A stretch of DNA of 64,000 nt, from the NCBI GenBank assembly GCA_963747215.1, contig CAVVET010000029.1, positions 79,688 through 143,687 on the forward strand. The letters are read 5' to 3'. The notes below the pieces were generated by a model. That model was not told the DNA's origin and did no database searches. It worked only from the letters and a program-made list of their open reading frames with translations. Source of the stretch: an uncultured Acidimicrobiales bacterium. GTDB lineage: Bacteria > Actinomycetota > Acidimicrobiia > Acidimicrobiales > DATKAS01. Made by a program: the position numbers and the translations under genes. Positions 26,353 through 35,624 of this stretch are shown here, in pieces (the stretch's first letter is position 1; the number at the start of each line of letters is the position of its first letter).

Positions 26353-27940
26353 GGCGCCTCCACGCGCGACGTTCGGCGTCGAGCCGTTCGAGCTCGGACT
26401 CGTGGTGATCGACGAAGCGCATCGTCTCGGCGATGGCGCGATGTCCCGCCTGCTCGGCGATGAGGCGGTGCATCTCCTGGCCGACCCGTCGATAGGCGGG
26501 ATGCCCCTGCGGTCCGGTCCGCAGCTCGAGCAGATGCATCGCCTCGCGTGCGTTCATCTGCATCGAGAAGCGGATGCGGTAGGCCATCGAAAGCGCGTAC
26601 GGCGCCTGCTGTGGGAACTGCGTCGCGAGCGCGCCGTAGAGCTCGGCCGATCGCTCCATGGCGGCGTCGAACTGCTCCGCACATCCGGCGGCGTCGATGG
26701 TGTCTGGTCGGTCGAAGCCGTGACGGGGCGACAGAGGCTGCCACTCGATGGTGAGCATGCGATGACGCTGCAGGTCCCGGAACGCGCCGTAGTCGGCAAG
26801 CACATCGAACCGGTAGTCCACCCGCTCGAACGCGCGACCCGGCTTGTGCCGGCGGTTGCTCCGATCGCCCACGTACGCGCGCAGCAGTGTCAGACGTTCG
26901 TCGGTTGTGAGCCGCCGCACGCGTGCGAGCAGCTGATGGTCGGGAAGGTCGGAGTGCGGATACAGGATCGCGGCGAGGAGCTTGTCCTCCGCGTCCGGAT
27001 CGAAGTCGGTGAGCGTCACCGACGGTACCGGCTCCTCGAGCTCGCCAGCGAGGAGCTCGTGCGCCGCACTCTCGGTGGCCGTGCGCGTCTGCTCGAAGTA
27101 GCTGGCCCACACTCCCCCACGATCGCTGACGTCGACGCGCTTCAGAAACGACGGGATCACCTTGCGCAGCTCTTCGAGCATGAGCTCGGCGTACGCCTGC
27201 GCCTCGGGCAGCGGGTGGGCGCGCATCCGCAGCAGCAGCATCTCGAAGGCCTGACCGCTCGCGTAGATGCCGACGTTGGAGATCGCCGCGGCGGGCAGCA
27301 CTCCGCGGGCAGCATCGAAGGCCTTCGCTCGCACTGCCTGCCGATAGACGAAGTCGGAGTCGTTCGGATCCTTCGGGTGCATGCCCCGAAACCATTCGGT
27401 CATCGACCCGACCAGCGAGGCGTACGTGTCGAAGAGCCGGTCGAGGTCGCCGACGTAGCGCGTGCCGAGCGAAGACGTGAGCACCGCGGGGTCGCGGTAG
27501 TAGCGGTAGCGACCGCCGAGACGCACGTCGTACGCGATGTAGCGCGTCGACTGCTCGAGGTAGGAAGCCAGGCGACCCCACTCGAGCACCTTCGTGAGCA
27601 GGTTGGACGCCTGCTCGCACGCCAGGTGGACGCCGCCGAGCTGGGCAACGGAGTCGTCGCCGTACTCGAAGAACACGCGGTCGTACAGCTCCTCGGCCCG
27701 CCTGAGCCCGACGGTCGCGTCCACCGAGGCATCTCCGCTGATGTCGAGATCACCGACGAACTCGTCGAGGAACAGACGCCGCAAGCTCTTGCTGGATCGT
27801 GAGTAGCGGGCGAACAGCGCGCCCTTCACGACCTCGGGCAGGTTGACGAGCGCGAAGACCGGCCGGTCGAGGTTCGTCACGTAGCGCCGGAGGATGTCCT
27901 CCTCTTCTGGCGAGAAGTCCTCGGCGACGTAGACGGACAC
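26339..27940 (-). CDS. Large (533 aa) ThyX-like FAD-dependent thymidylate synthase family protein, apparent two-lobe fusion
   Basis: LPEVVKGALFARYSRSSKSL... and ...GAFRDLQRHRMLT are ThyX-type ...RHR blocks. The length is about twice a canonical ThyX. The frame is intact, with a GTG start at 27940. Confidence 0.65.
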   Translation of the reverse strand: MSVYVAEDFSPEEEDILRRYVTNLDRPVFALVNLPEVVKGALFARYSRSSKSLRRLFLDEFVGDLDISGDASVDATVGLRRAEELYDRVFFEYGDDSVAQLGGVHLACEQASNLLTKVLEWGRLASYLEQSTRYIAYDVRLGGRYRYYRDPAVLTSSLGTRYVGDLDRLFDTYASLVGSMTEWFRGMHPKDPNDSDFVYRQAVRAKAFDAARGVLPAAAISNVGIYASGQAFEMLLLRMRAHPLPEAQAYAELMLEELRKVIPSFLKRVDVSDRGGVWASYFEQTRTATESAAHELLAGELEEPVPSVTLTDFDPDAEDKLLAAILYPHSDLPDHQLLARVRRLTTDERLTLLRAYVGDRSNRRHKPGRAFERVDYRFDVLADYGAFRDLQRHRMLTIEWQPLSPRHGFDRPDTIDAAGCAEQFDAAMERSAELYGALATQFPQQAPYALSMAYRIRFSMQMNAREAMHLLELRTGPQGHPAYRRVGQEMHRLIAEQAGHRAIAETMRFVDHHESELERLDAERRAWRRRLGH

Positions 27941-28025
27941 CGGGTCAGACTACGGCGCGGCGATCCCCGTCCCGGTGAGGGGACACCCGTCCTGACCAGC
28001 GGAAACCTGGGGTGGTCTCTGACGC

Positions 28026-29011
28026 TCAGTGCTGGAGGACGATCTTTCCGAGCTGGGCTCCCTCTTCGAGACGCGCCGAACGCGGAGGGATAGTCGGCGA
28101 GCGGGTAGGTCTCGTCGACCACGACCGGAAGCCCGTTCGCGACGAGCTCGGTGACCTCCGCGAACTCCTGATAGGAGCCCATCGTCGACCCGATGATCTC
28201 GATCTGCTTGAAGAAGAGACGGGGCAGATTCAGCTCGACCGACATCCCCGACGTGCCTCCGCACAGCACGAGCCGGCCCCCGGACTTGAGCGCCCGCACC
28301 GATTGGTCCCAGGTTGCGGGCCCCACGCTTTCGACGACGACGTCCGCGGTGACTGGCCACTTGGACTCGACGGAGTCGAAGGCCCCTTCTGCTCCGAGCT
28401 CCATCGCTCGGTCGCGCTTCATCGGATCGCGCGACGTGACGAAGACGTGCGCACCCATCACGTTGCCCAGGGCGAGGGCGGCGGTGGCGACGCCGCCCCC
28501 GATGCCCACGACCAGAAGAGTGTCTCCCGCTCCGAGCCGGGCGCGGCGCAGCATCCGCCACGCGGTCAGGTAGCAGAGCGGGTAGGCCGCGCACTCCTCC
28601 CATGTGCGGTTCTGTGGGCGAGGGACGATGTTGCGGGCAGGGGCGACGGCGAGGTTCGCATGGCCGCCGCGATCGTGCTCGCCCCAGATGCCGAAGCCGG
28701 GACCCATCGGGCTGTCGTTGCCCAATGCGATGATCTCGTCGACGGGTGAGACACCCGGATTGACCACCACCTCGTCGCCGATCGCGACGTTCGTGACCGC
28801 CTCGCCCACTTGCGTGCACGACCCCCGCCACGTCGCAGCCGGGGATGTGAGGAAGCGGGGGCTTCGGCATGCCTCGTGTGAGCCACAGGTCCATGTGATT
28901 CAGGGCGCTGGTGACGACGCTGACCACGACCTCGTCGGGGCCCGGCTCGGGGTCTGGCATCTCGCCCCAGCGGTAGTTGCCCGGCGACTCGTCGAGGATC
29001 CATGCGTACAT
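28026..29011 (-). pseudogene. Zinc-type alcohol dehydrogenase / quinone oxidoreductase (MDR family), 2 frameshifts (about 28810 and about 28075)
   Basis: N-terminus from ATG 29011 in ORF 27950-29173 (MYAWILDESPG...NHMDLWLTRG...IPGCDVAGVV). The core is in ORF 27877-28809 (...GDTLLVVGIGGGVATAALAL...). The real C-terminus ...AFARLEEGAQLGKIVLQH-TGA (28026-28028) appears after removing one G in TTCGGCGCG. Confidence 0.8.
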
Positions 29012-29035
29012 GCGGGCGAACGTAACTCCTCGTCG

Positions 29036-29175
29036 CCTCCTCCGCTCCTTCCTCGTCGCCGCTCTCCGAGCGGCTCCTGCTCGCTTCGCTCGACAATCGC
29101 GCACTGCGCCGCGCATGCTCATCGGGCGGCGCACTGCGCCGCCCATGCGCGACGCGCCGCCATGCATGCTCACTC
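29036..29175. repeat. Dispersed hairpin-bearing intergenic repeat, copy B (internally duplicated)
   Basis: Shares sequence blocks with copy A (see 10085-10184). Contains GCGCACTGCGCCGC twice (29099-29112, 29129-29142). A long imperfect hairpin GCGCAT[GCTCATC]GGGCGGCGCA-C-TGCGCCGCCCATGCGC is centred on 29134. Confidence 0.65.
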
Positions 29176-29185
29176 GGCCGTGCCG

Positions 29186-29796
29186 CTACACGACGATGTC
29201 CATACGGTCGATCACGCGAACGGTCAGCGAGCGGGACTCGCCGATCAGCACGCCGTCCGTCCACACGCGCAGCGGTCGGTCGAACTCCGTGTGCGATCGA
29301 CGCGCCCCGCTCTTGGCGAATCCTCGGATGGGGCACGTGGGTTCCGGACGGGAGCCGCGTGCGCGCACGGATGCGGTCACGTGTGCGTGAGCGAGACGTC
29401 CAAGACGTCGAGGAGTCCGTCGCCCGGGTGCGCACGCGGCGCGACGTCCCAGTCGCCGATCCACTCGGCATTGAGCGCGGCCCACACGCGACCGTGCCAC
29501 CAGCTCCGGCGGGCAACGACGTGCGCGACGAAGACGCGGCGCAGGTCGCCCAGCACGACCTCGCACACGTCGATCGGCAGGGTCACGGCGTCGCCGGTGT
29601 GCAGTCGCTCACGATCACCGGGTCCGCCGACCGTGCGGCACAGATCCCCGGCGAGCAGACCGATGACCGGGAGGGCCGTGTGCTCGGCGAGGGCAGCCGC
29701 CGCCACCTCGCTCGCCGCGGCATCGGAGCCGACGACGACGCCATCGGGCGGCAGGGGCGCCGACCGCCCCCACGGCGCGCCTCGTTCGACGGTCAT
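29186..29796 (-). pseudogene. Hypothetical protein translationally coupled to helY; frameshift near 29385
   Basis: ORF 29377-29796 (MTVERGAPWG...HPGDGLLDVLDVSLTH) continues in ORF 29186-29566 (...RPLRVWTDGVLIGESRSLTVRVIDRMDIVV). The ...P.DGLLDV... / ...DG......v.V pattern weakly recalls the C-terminal sandwich of DAG/NAD-kinase-fold proteins. The ATG overlaps the helY stop (ATGA). Confidence 0.4.
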
Positions 29797-32425
29797 TCGA
29801 TGGTGGACACCGCGGCGGACGCCGCGACGACGCCGCGGAACAATCGGTCTGCCGCAGTTCGCGCCGCCGCTGACGTCTCCGGACCGGAGACCTCGGCGAC
29901 CTGCCCGAGCACGTCGATGAGCTGCTTCACGTTGCGCACGAAGTCACCGCGCGGCGAGGTCCTCGTCCTCCAGCACCTCGTCGAGCGTCTCACCGGCCGC
30001 CCAGGCGTGAGCGATGGCCAGGAACGTCGGCTCCGGCGGCCGAGTCAAGTCGAGCCCGGCCTCGTCCTCGATGCGGTTCAGCTCGGTCGCGAGCTTGGCG
30101 ATCGCCCGCCACCGGTCCCGCACCTTCGGAGAGGGGAACCAGGGTGCGGGCGGCGCCTCGGGACTGCGGTGCTCGTAGGTGAAGCACGAGACGAGTCCGG
30201 CCAGGGCCGCCGGGTCGAGATCGTCGAGCAGTCCCGCGCCGATCGCCTCCGCGAGGAGAAGGTCGCTTTCGTGGAAGATGCGGGCGAGTCGCTCACCCGC
30301 GGGAGTCAGCGCCCAGCCGTCGAGATAGCCCCACGCTTCGAGTATCCGCACGCACGCGGTCGAACCGCCGCGCCAGGGACCCGACCCGACTGCCGATGCG
30401 CTCCTCGATCTCCTTCACCTCCCGGTCGACGCGGTCGGCCTGGGTCGCGGCGCGCAATCGATCCTCGAGCTTCGGGTCGTGCAGCACCGGGTGGTCGCCG
30501 TCCTGTCCGTCAGAGCTGCGCGGCGCGATCGGCGCGGTCGGCGCGTCGGGCTTGAGGCGGGCGCGCTCGAGCAGACGGGCAACCTCGCGTTGGTAGGACT
30601 GGCGGTTCGGCGCGAAGGGCGTCGGCAGGTCCATGTGGCCGACGACGTAGGCGGGCACAGCGAAGTCGGGCTCTGAGAGCGACACGAGAATGCGCGACGG
30701 GCGTGATGACGCGGATGCGCACTCCCCCGCCTCGTCGCTGCGCGACGGTCAGCACCGCGACGCGGCCCGCGTGCTTCCCGCTGTGCAGGGTGATCACGTC
30801 ACCGGGCTTCAGCCGGGCGAGTGACGCGACGATCTCTGCTTCGGTCACCCCCGATGGGCGGCGCTCGCGTCGGGGGTGGGTTCGCCGGTAGTCGTCGATG
30901 TCGCCGAACGGACTGCGCGCCGCGTCGCGCAGGTCGGCGAGCACCTCGCGGCGTCGTTCGAGCCGGGCTTCGAGGCGCACCACGTCACGGTCGGCCTGGT
31001 ACTGCGCCGAACGAGAGGTTCAGCAGGTGATGCGCTTCCTCGGGCGGATAGCTGCGCACCAGGTTCACCGCCATGTTGTACGTAGGGCGGAACGCCGAGG
31101 TCAGCTTGAAGGTGCGGCTCGACGCCAGTCCCGCGACCTGATCGAACGGCACGAACGGCGACCACAGCACGATCGCGTGGCCGAGTGTGTCGATGCCGCG
31201 CCGGCCCGCCCGACCGGTCAGCTGCGTGTACTCGCCAGGCGTCAGGAACTGGTGGCGTTCACCGGTGAACTTCGTGAGCTTCTCGATCACGACCGAGCGG
31301 GCGGGCATGTTCACACCCAGCGCGAGCGTCTCAGTGGCGAACACCACCTTCACGAGACCCTCGACGAAGCAGGCTTCGACCGCCTCCTTGAACGGAGGGA
31401 CGAGCCCGGCATGGTGGGGCGCGACGCCGGCCTCGATTCCCGCGAGCCAGCGGGCGTAGCCGAGCACTGCGAGGTCGGAGTCGTCGATGCCGCGCAGTCG
31501 AGCACCGACGATCTCGCGGATGCGATCACGCTCGGCCGCAGTCGTGAGGCGCAAGCCCGCATCGAGGCACGCAGCCGCGGCATCAGAGCACGCCGCCCGG
31601 CTGAAGATGAAGTAGATCGCCGGCAGCATGCCGCTCTCCTCGAGCAGCTCGATGACCTCGATTCGCCGAGGGGTGTACAGCCGTCGGCGGCCCCTCCCGC
31701 GGATCGGGCCAGCTCCTCTCACCGCCTCCGCGTCGAGGCGCGACGCTTCGGGGTTCGGCCGTCCGTCGATGAGCGTCGGAAGGAGATGGAGCCGGTCCGA
31801 AGAGCGATCCCCGACGAGGTAGAGGTTCTGGAGCTCGACCGGACGTCGCTCCTCGATGATGGTGGCGGTGGGGCCCCGCACGGTTGTCATCCAGTCGGAC
31901 AGCTCTTCGGCGTTGCTGACCGTGGCCGAGAGGCAGACGAGTCGGGCCGAGTGCGGCGCGTGGATGATGACCTCTTCCCACACCGGCCCGCGGTAGGCAT
32001 CCTGCAGGAAGTGCACCTCGTCCAAGATGATGTAGCGGAGATCGCGCAATGTGTCCGACGCCGCGTAGATCATGTTGCGGAGCACCTCGGTCGTCATCAC
32101 GACGATCGGCGCTTCACCGTTGATCGCGTTGTCACCGGTGAGCAGGCCGACTCGGTCGGCACCGTGTCGACGCACGAGGTCGGTGTACTTCTGATTCGAC
32201 AGCGCTTTGATCGGCGTCGTGTAGAACGCCTTCGTCCCTTCGTACAGCGCGCGTCGCACGGCGTACTCGGCGACGACGGTCTTGCCCGACGAGGTGGGTG
32301 CGGCGACGAGGACCGACGCTCCCGCATCGACCGCGTCGAGCGCTCGTAGCTGGAAGTCGTCGAGTGTCGAAGCCGTAACCAGCCAGGAACGCGGCGCGAA
32401 GGCCGGCGGTGTCGACCTCGGTCAC
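29793..32425 (-). pseudogene. helY: Ski2-like DEAD/DEAH-box ATP-dependent RNA helicase HelY; at least 5-6 frameshifts
   Basis: Pieces lie in ORFs 32132-33199 (tail: VTEVDTAGLRAAFLAGYGFD), 30985-32259 (AAPTSSGKT upstream, ILDEVHF, LSATVSN, ...TGRAGRRG), 30510-30983, 30293-30685, 29944-30351 and 29793-29993. The joins read sensibly, e.g. LNLSF|AQYQADRDVVRLEARL and EDEDLA|GDFVRNVKQLID. The GTG 32425 overlaps the tatC stop. Confidence 0.85.
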
Positions 32426-33216
32426 GCGGGCGCGGCGGCGCTGCGAGTCCGGCGCCTCACCGCGAGCTTCCCGATCACGATCGCCACCTCGTAGAAGAGG
32501 ATCAGCGGGATCGACAGTGCGAGCAGACTGTACGGATCGCCGCTCGGCGTCGCGACGGCAACGACTACGACGATGCCGACGATGGCGAACCGGCGGGCCC
32601 CCGACAGCTGTTGAGGGGTGACGATGCCGACGAGCTCGAGCGCGACGAGCAGCACGGGAAACAGGAAGCCGATGCCGAACCCGAGCATGAGCAGCATGAT
32701 GAGACTCAAGTACGCCCCGGGTGCGAAGAGGGGCTGCACGTCGCCCGACCATGACACGAGGAACTGGAGCGCCTTCGGGAACGTCCAGAGCGCGATGCCC
32801 GCTCCGGTGAGGAAGAGCACGACCGAGGCGAAGACGAACGGGATCGCATAGCGCTTCTCGTTGTCGTAGAGCCCGGGCGTGATGAAGCGCCACAGCTGCC
32901 ACAGCACGACCGGCAGGGCGAGCACGAGGCCGCCGTAGCCCGTGACCTTCATCCGCACTGCGAAACCCTCGAGCGGATCGGTGATCACCAGCCGATCCGG
33001 ACAGGTGAGGTTCTCGGCTGCGCACACGTCTCGGTAAGGGCCCGTGAGGAAGTCGAGGATCTCGGGATAGAGGACGAACGCGACCACCCCGCCGATCCCC
33101 ACCGCGATGAGGCAGATGATGAGGCGACGGCGCAGCTCCGCGAGATGCTCCGCGAGCGTCATGCGATCGTGGACGGTCGGTCGGGGCTTGGGGCCCCACC
33201 GACGGAGCTTCACCAT
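32422..33216 (-). CDS. tatC: Twin-arginine translocase subunit TatC
   Basis: MTLAEHLAELRRRLI..., six TM helices, ...FITPGLY..EKR...PFVFASVVLFLTGAGIALW...PSGDPYSLL. Intact. Confidence 0.9.
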   Translation of the reverse strand: MVKLRRWGPKPRPTVHDRMTLAEHLAELRRRLIICLIAVGIGGVVAFVLYPEILDFLTGPYRDVCAAENLTCPDRLVITDPLEGFAVRMKVTGYGGLVLALPVVLWQLWRFITPGLYDNEKRYAIPFVFASVVLFLTGAGIALWTFPKALQFLVSWSGDVQPLFAPGAYLSLIMLLMLGFGIGFLFPVLLVALELVGIVTPQQLSGARRFAIVGIVVVVAVATPSGDPYSLLALSIPLILFYEVAIVIGKLAVRRRTRSAAAPA

Positions 33217-33217
33217 G

Positions 33218-33647
33218 TCAGGCGATGGTCCCGCCCGAAGGCGACGACCCCTCGGCGGGGGCGCTCGTCGGTGCCGCGCTCACAGAAGCACCATCGGTGG
33301 TCTCCCCCGGAAGCGACTCGGGAGTGCCGTCAGTGGGTTCCGCTGGAGGGGGCGGATCGGCCGGGCACCGCAGCGGTTGCGGTCGCGGGCGCGGTGGGGT
33401 TCGCCGGCGGGGTGGGCTCAGCGGGGGGCTGAGTGGTGTTCGACGCGGCCGCCGTCTTCGGCGCGGGTGGCTCGGGCGCGTCGCTCAGGGCGTCGCGCAG
33501 CTCGGCTTCGAACCCAGAGGTGATGCGGCGCAGCTCTCGTGTGGCCCTTCCGAGCTTGCGCATCGCGTCGGGGAGCTTGTCCGGACCGAGGATGAGCAGC
33601 GCCACGATGGCGATGACAAGCAGCTCGGTAGCGGAGATGTTGAACAC
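33218..33647 (-). pseudogene. Twin-arginine translocase TatA/TatB family protein (TatB-like GP motif), probable frameshift near 33335
   Basis: MFNISATELLVIAIVALLILGPDKLPDAMRKLGRATRELRR has GP rather than the FG of TatA. The listed ORF stops at 33330. The adjacent frame continues PTDGTPESLPGETTDGAS...SGGTIA-TGA, ending 1 nt before the tatC ATG. Confidence 0.75.
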
Positions 33648-33702
33648 GGCCGGAGTCTACGGCGCAGCCCCTCCAGCCAGATTGCGGCTCGAGGTCGCAA
33701 GG

Positions 33703-34044
33703 TCAGACGAGATCGCCATCCTCGTCGGCGGCGGCGAGACGCTGGAACCAGTCGTCGCGGCGAAGCAGCTCGTGGAACTCGAGCAGGTCATCGTGGGTGA
33801 GCGGGGCGCCAGATCGGCGCTCGCGCAGCTCGGCCGGACGCCGCCACGTCGACCAGGCGACGCCAGCGGCCAGGAGCAGTTCCACGATGTGGGGCTCAGC
33901 CCGCTTGGCCACGAGCGTCGCGCATTGGGGGCAGCGGAAGTGGTAGGTGCCCTCGTCGTCGTCGTCGCACAGCCGGACCCACACGTCAGCGGTCGTCATC
34001 TCGACATCACCGCACTCAGTGCAGGTGGCTCGGATCGTGGCCAT
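33703..34044 (-). CDS. Hypothetical zinc-ribbon protein (113 aa)
   Basis: Internal ATG 34044: MATIRATCTECGDVEM...YHFRCPQCATLV (CxxC...CxxC), followed by a helical acidic tail. Same orientation as tatB/tatC. Confidence 0.5.
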   Translation of the reverse strand: MATIRATCTECGDVEMTTADVWVRLCDDDDEGTYHFRCPQCATLVAKRAEPHIVELLLAAGVAWSTWRRPAELRERRSGAPLTHDDLLEFHELLRRDDWFQRLAAADEDGDLV

Positions 34045-34148
34045 GGTCGTTGGAGGTGCCTTCCCGGTCCCGCTGCGGCGCGCGGTGTCCCTCGCGTCAT
34101 CGGCGGCGAATGGGGGGGTCTTGAGCACCGGCCTGGGAGAATCGGGCC

Positions 34149-35015
34149 GTGCAGCAGCGCCTCCCCTCCCTCCGCGTGCCTCCGATCGGCTTCGCACACC
34201 GCGGGGCCCGGGCCCATGCGCCCGAGAACACGATCGAGGGGTTTCGGCTGGCCCTGAGACTCGGCGCGACCGGCCTGGAGAGCGACGTGTGGATCACCGA
34301 GGACGGCGAGGCCGTGCTCGACCACGACGGGGTCGTGAGGGGCCGGTTCGGCGTGCGGAGAGCGATCCGCGAGGTCGCCCGGGCCGCGCTCCCGAGCCAC
34401 ATCCCCACGTTGGCGGAGCTCTACGACGCCTGCGGCGCCGACTACGAGCTCTCGCTGGATCTCAAGGACGACGACGCCGTCGACCCGGTGCTCAGCGTCA
34501 CGAGAGCGGCCCACCCCGACGCCATCGGCCGGTTGTGGCTCTGCCATCCCCAGTGGCAGAAGGCCGCGGCGATCCGTGGGCGCGACGCCGATGTGCGCTT
34601 GGTCGACTCGACCCGGCTACGGGCGGTGCGCGAGGGGGCCGAGCGGCGAGCGGCGACCCTCGCCGATGTGGGGATCGACGCCATGAACATGCATCACACC
34701 GATTGGACCGGTGGACTCACGACGTTGCTGCACCGGTTCGGGCGGTTGGCGTTCGCGTGGGACCTGCAGTTCGACGACGGGCTGCGCACCGCGCTGCGCA
34801 TGGGCATCGACGGCATCTACAGCGATCACGTCGATCGCATGCTCGCGGCCCTTCGATCCGAGTCGGCGTCGGCTCCGCTCGCTCCGCTCGTCGGCTTGCG
34901 CCGCCGGCGTGCCGGACGCCCCGACTTGTGCGCTCGGCAGATCGCCGTGCTGTGCGCGCACCGCGGCGTCGCACTGCGACGCCCCACACAAATCCCCGTC
35001 CTACAAAAATCCTAA
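34149..35015 (+). CDS. Glycerophosphodiester phosphodiesterase (GDPD) family protein; 3' end uncertain
   Basis: IGFAHRGARAHAPENTIEGFRLALRLGATGLESDVWITEDGEAVLDHD is the GDPD HR...EN...E.D motif set. The last 50 aa or so (from about 34860) run through repeat copy C and look non-coding. Confidence 0.75.
   Translation: MQQRLPSLRVPPIGFAHRGARAHAPENTIEGFRLALRLGATGLESDVWITEDGEAVLDHDGVVRGRFGVRRAIREVARAALPSHIPTLAELYDACGADYELSLDLKDDDAVDPVLSVTRAAHPDAIGRLWLCHPQWQKAAAIRGRDADVRLVDSTRLRAVREGAERRAATLADVGIDAMNMHHTDWTGGLTTLLHRFGRLAFAWDLQFDDGLRTALRMGIDGIYSDHVDRMLAALRSESASAPLAPLVGLRRRRAGRPDLCARQIAVLCAHRGVALRRPTQIPVLQKS
34855..34990. repeat. Dispersed hairpin-bearing intergenic repeat, copy C
   Basis: Same orientation as copy B. 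Its reverse complement aligns to copy A (GCAGTGCG.CGC..GGTGCGCG.A.AGCAC..CGATC...CGAGCG). The hairpin core GGCGTCGCACTGCGACGCC (34965-34983) differs from copy B (GGCGGCGCACTGCGCCGCC) by a compensatory G:C to T:A pair. Confidence 0.6.
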
Positions 35016-35592
35016 GTGGGTGACGGGCCAGATGCGGACGAAGGCGCGGCCGACCACGAGGTCGTCGTCGATGGGTCCGAAGTACCGGGAATCGTGTGAA
35101 TCCGCCACGGTTGTCGCCCATCACGAAGACCATCCCTTCGGGGACGAGCGTCGGAGGCAGGTTCTCGGTCCTCGTTCCCGGCACGAGGTAGGGCTCTTCG
35201 AGCGGCCGGCCGTCGATGAACACATGACCGTCTTCGCTGGAGATCGTCTCGCCCGGAAGCGCGATGACGCGTTTGATCAGGTCCTTGATCGCATCCGGAG
35301 GCTCATCGGGGGGACGCTCGAACACCACGATGTCTCCGCGGTTGATGTCGTGCATCTTGTAGCTGAGTTTGTTGACGAGCACGCGGTCGCCGATGCGCAG
35401 CGTGGGCTCCATCGACCGCGAGGGGATGTAGAACGCCTGCAGCAGGAAGGTCTTGATGATCAGCGCCACGAGCAGGGCGCCGAGGATCACGCCCAGCCAC
35501 TCGAGGATCGACTTCGCGCTCGATCGGGTCCGCGACGGCTCCTCAGGCGAAGGGGGCGTGTCGGCAGAGGGGGGGAGGTCGGACTCGATCAC
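35001..35592 (-). pseudogene. lepB: Signal peptidase I, frameshift near 35085
   Basis: ...LLQAFYIPSRSMEPTLRIGDRVLVNKL...GDIVVF...IKRVIALPGE...VMGDNR, then nonsense in the listed frame. Removing one G (GGCGGAT) gives GDSHDSRYFGPIDDDLVVGRAFVRIWPVTHLGFL-TAG (35001-35003). The GTG start at 35592 is inferred. Confidence 0.85.
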
Positions 35593-35624
35593 GGAAATTC
35601 GCAGGGTAGCGGGGTGCGACGCTC

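Noticed and set aside
25518-27620. 700-aa ORF on the minus strand overlapping the LysM/SLT gene and the thyX-like gene in another frame
   Set aside because: The product is Arg/Pro/Ala/Gly-rich with no recognisable domain, the typical alternate-frame artefact of 70% GC DNA. The overlapping frames encode clearly recognisable proteins.
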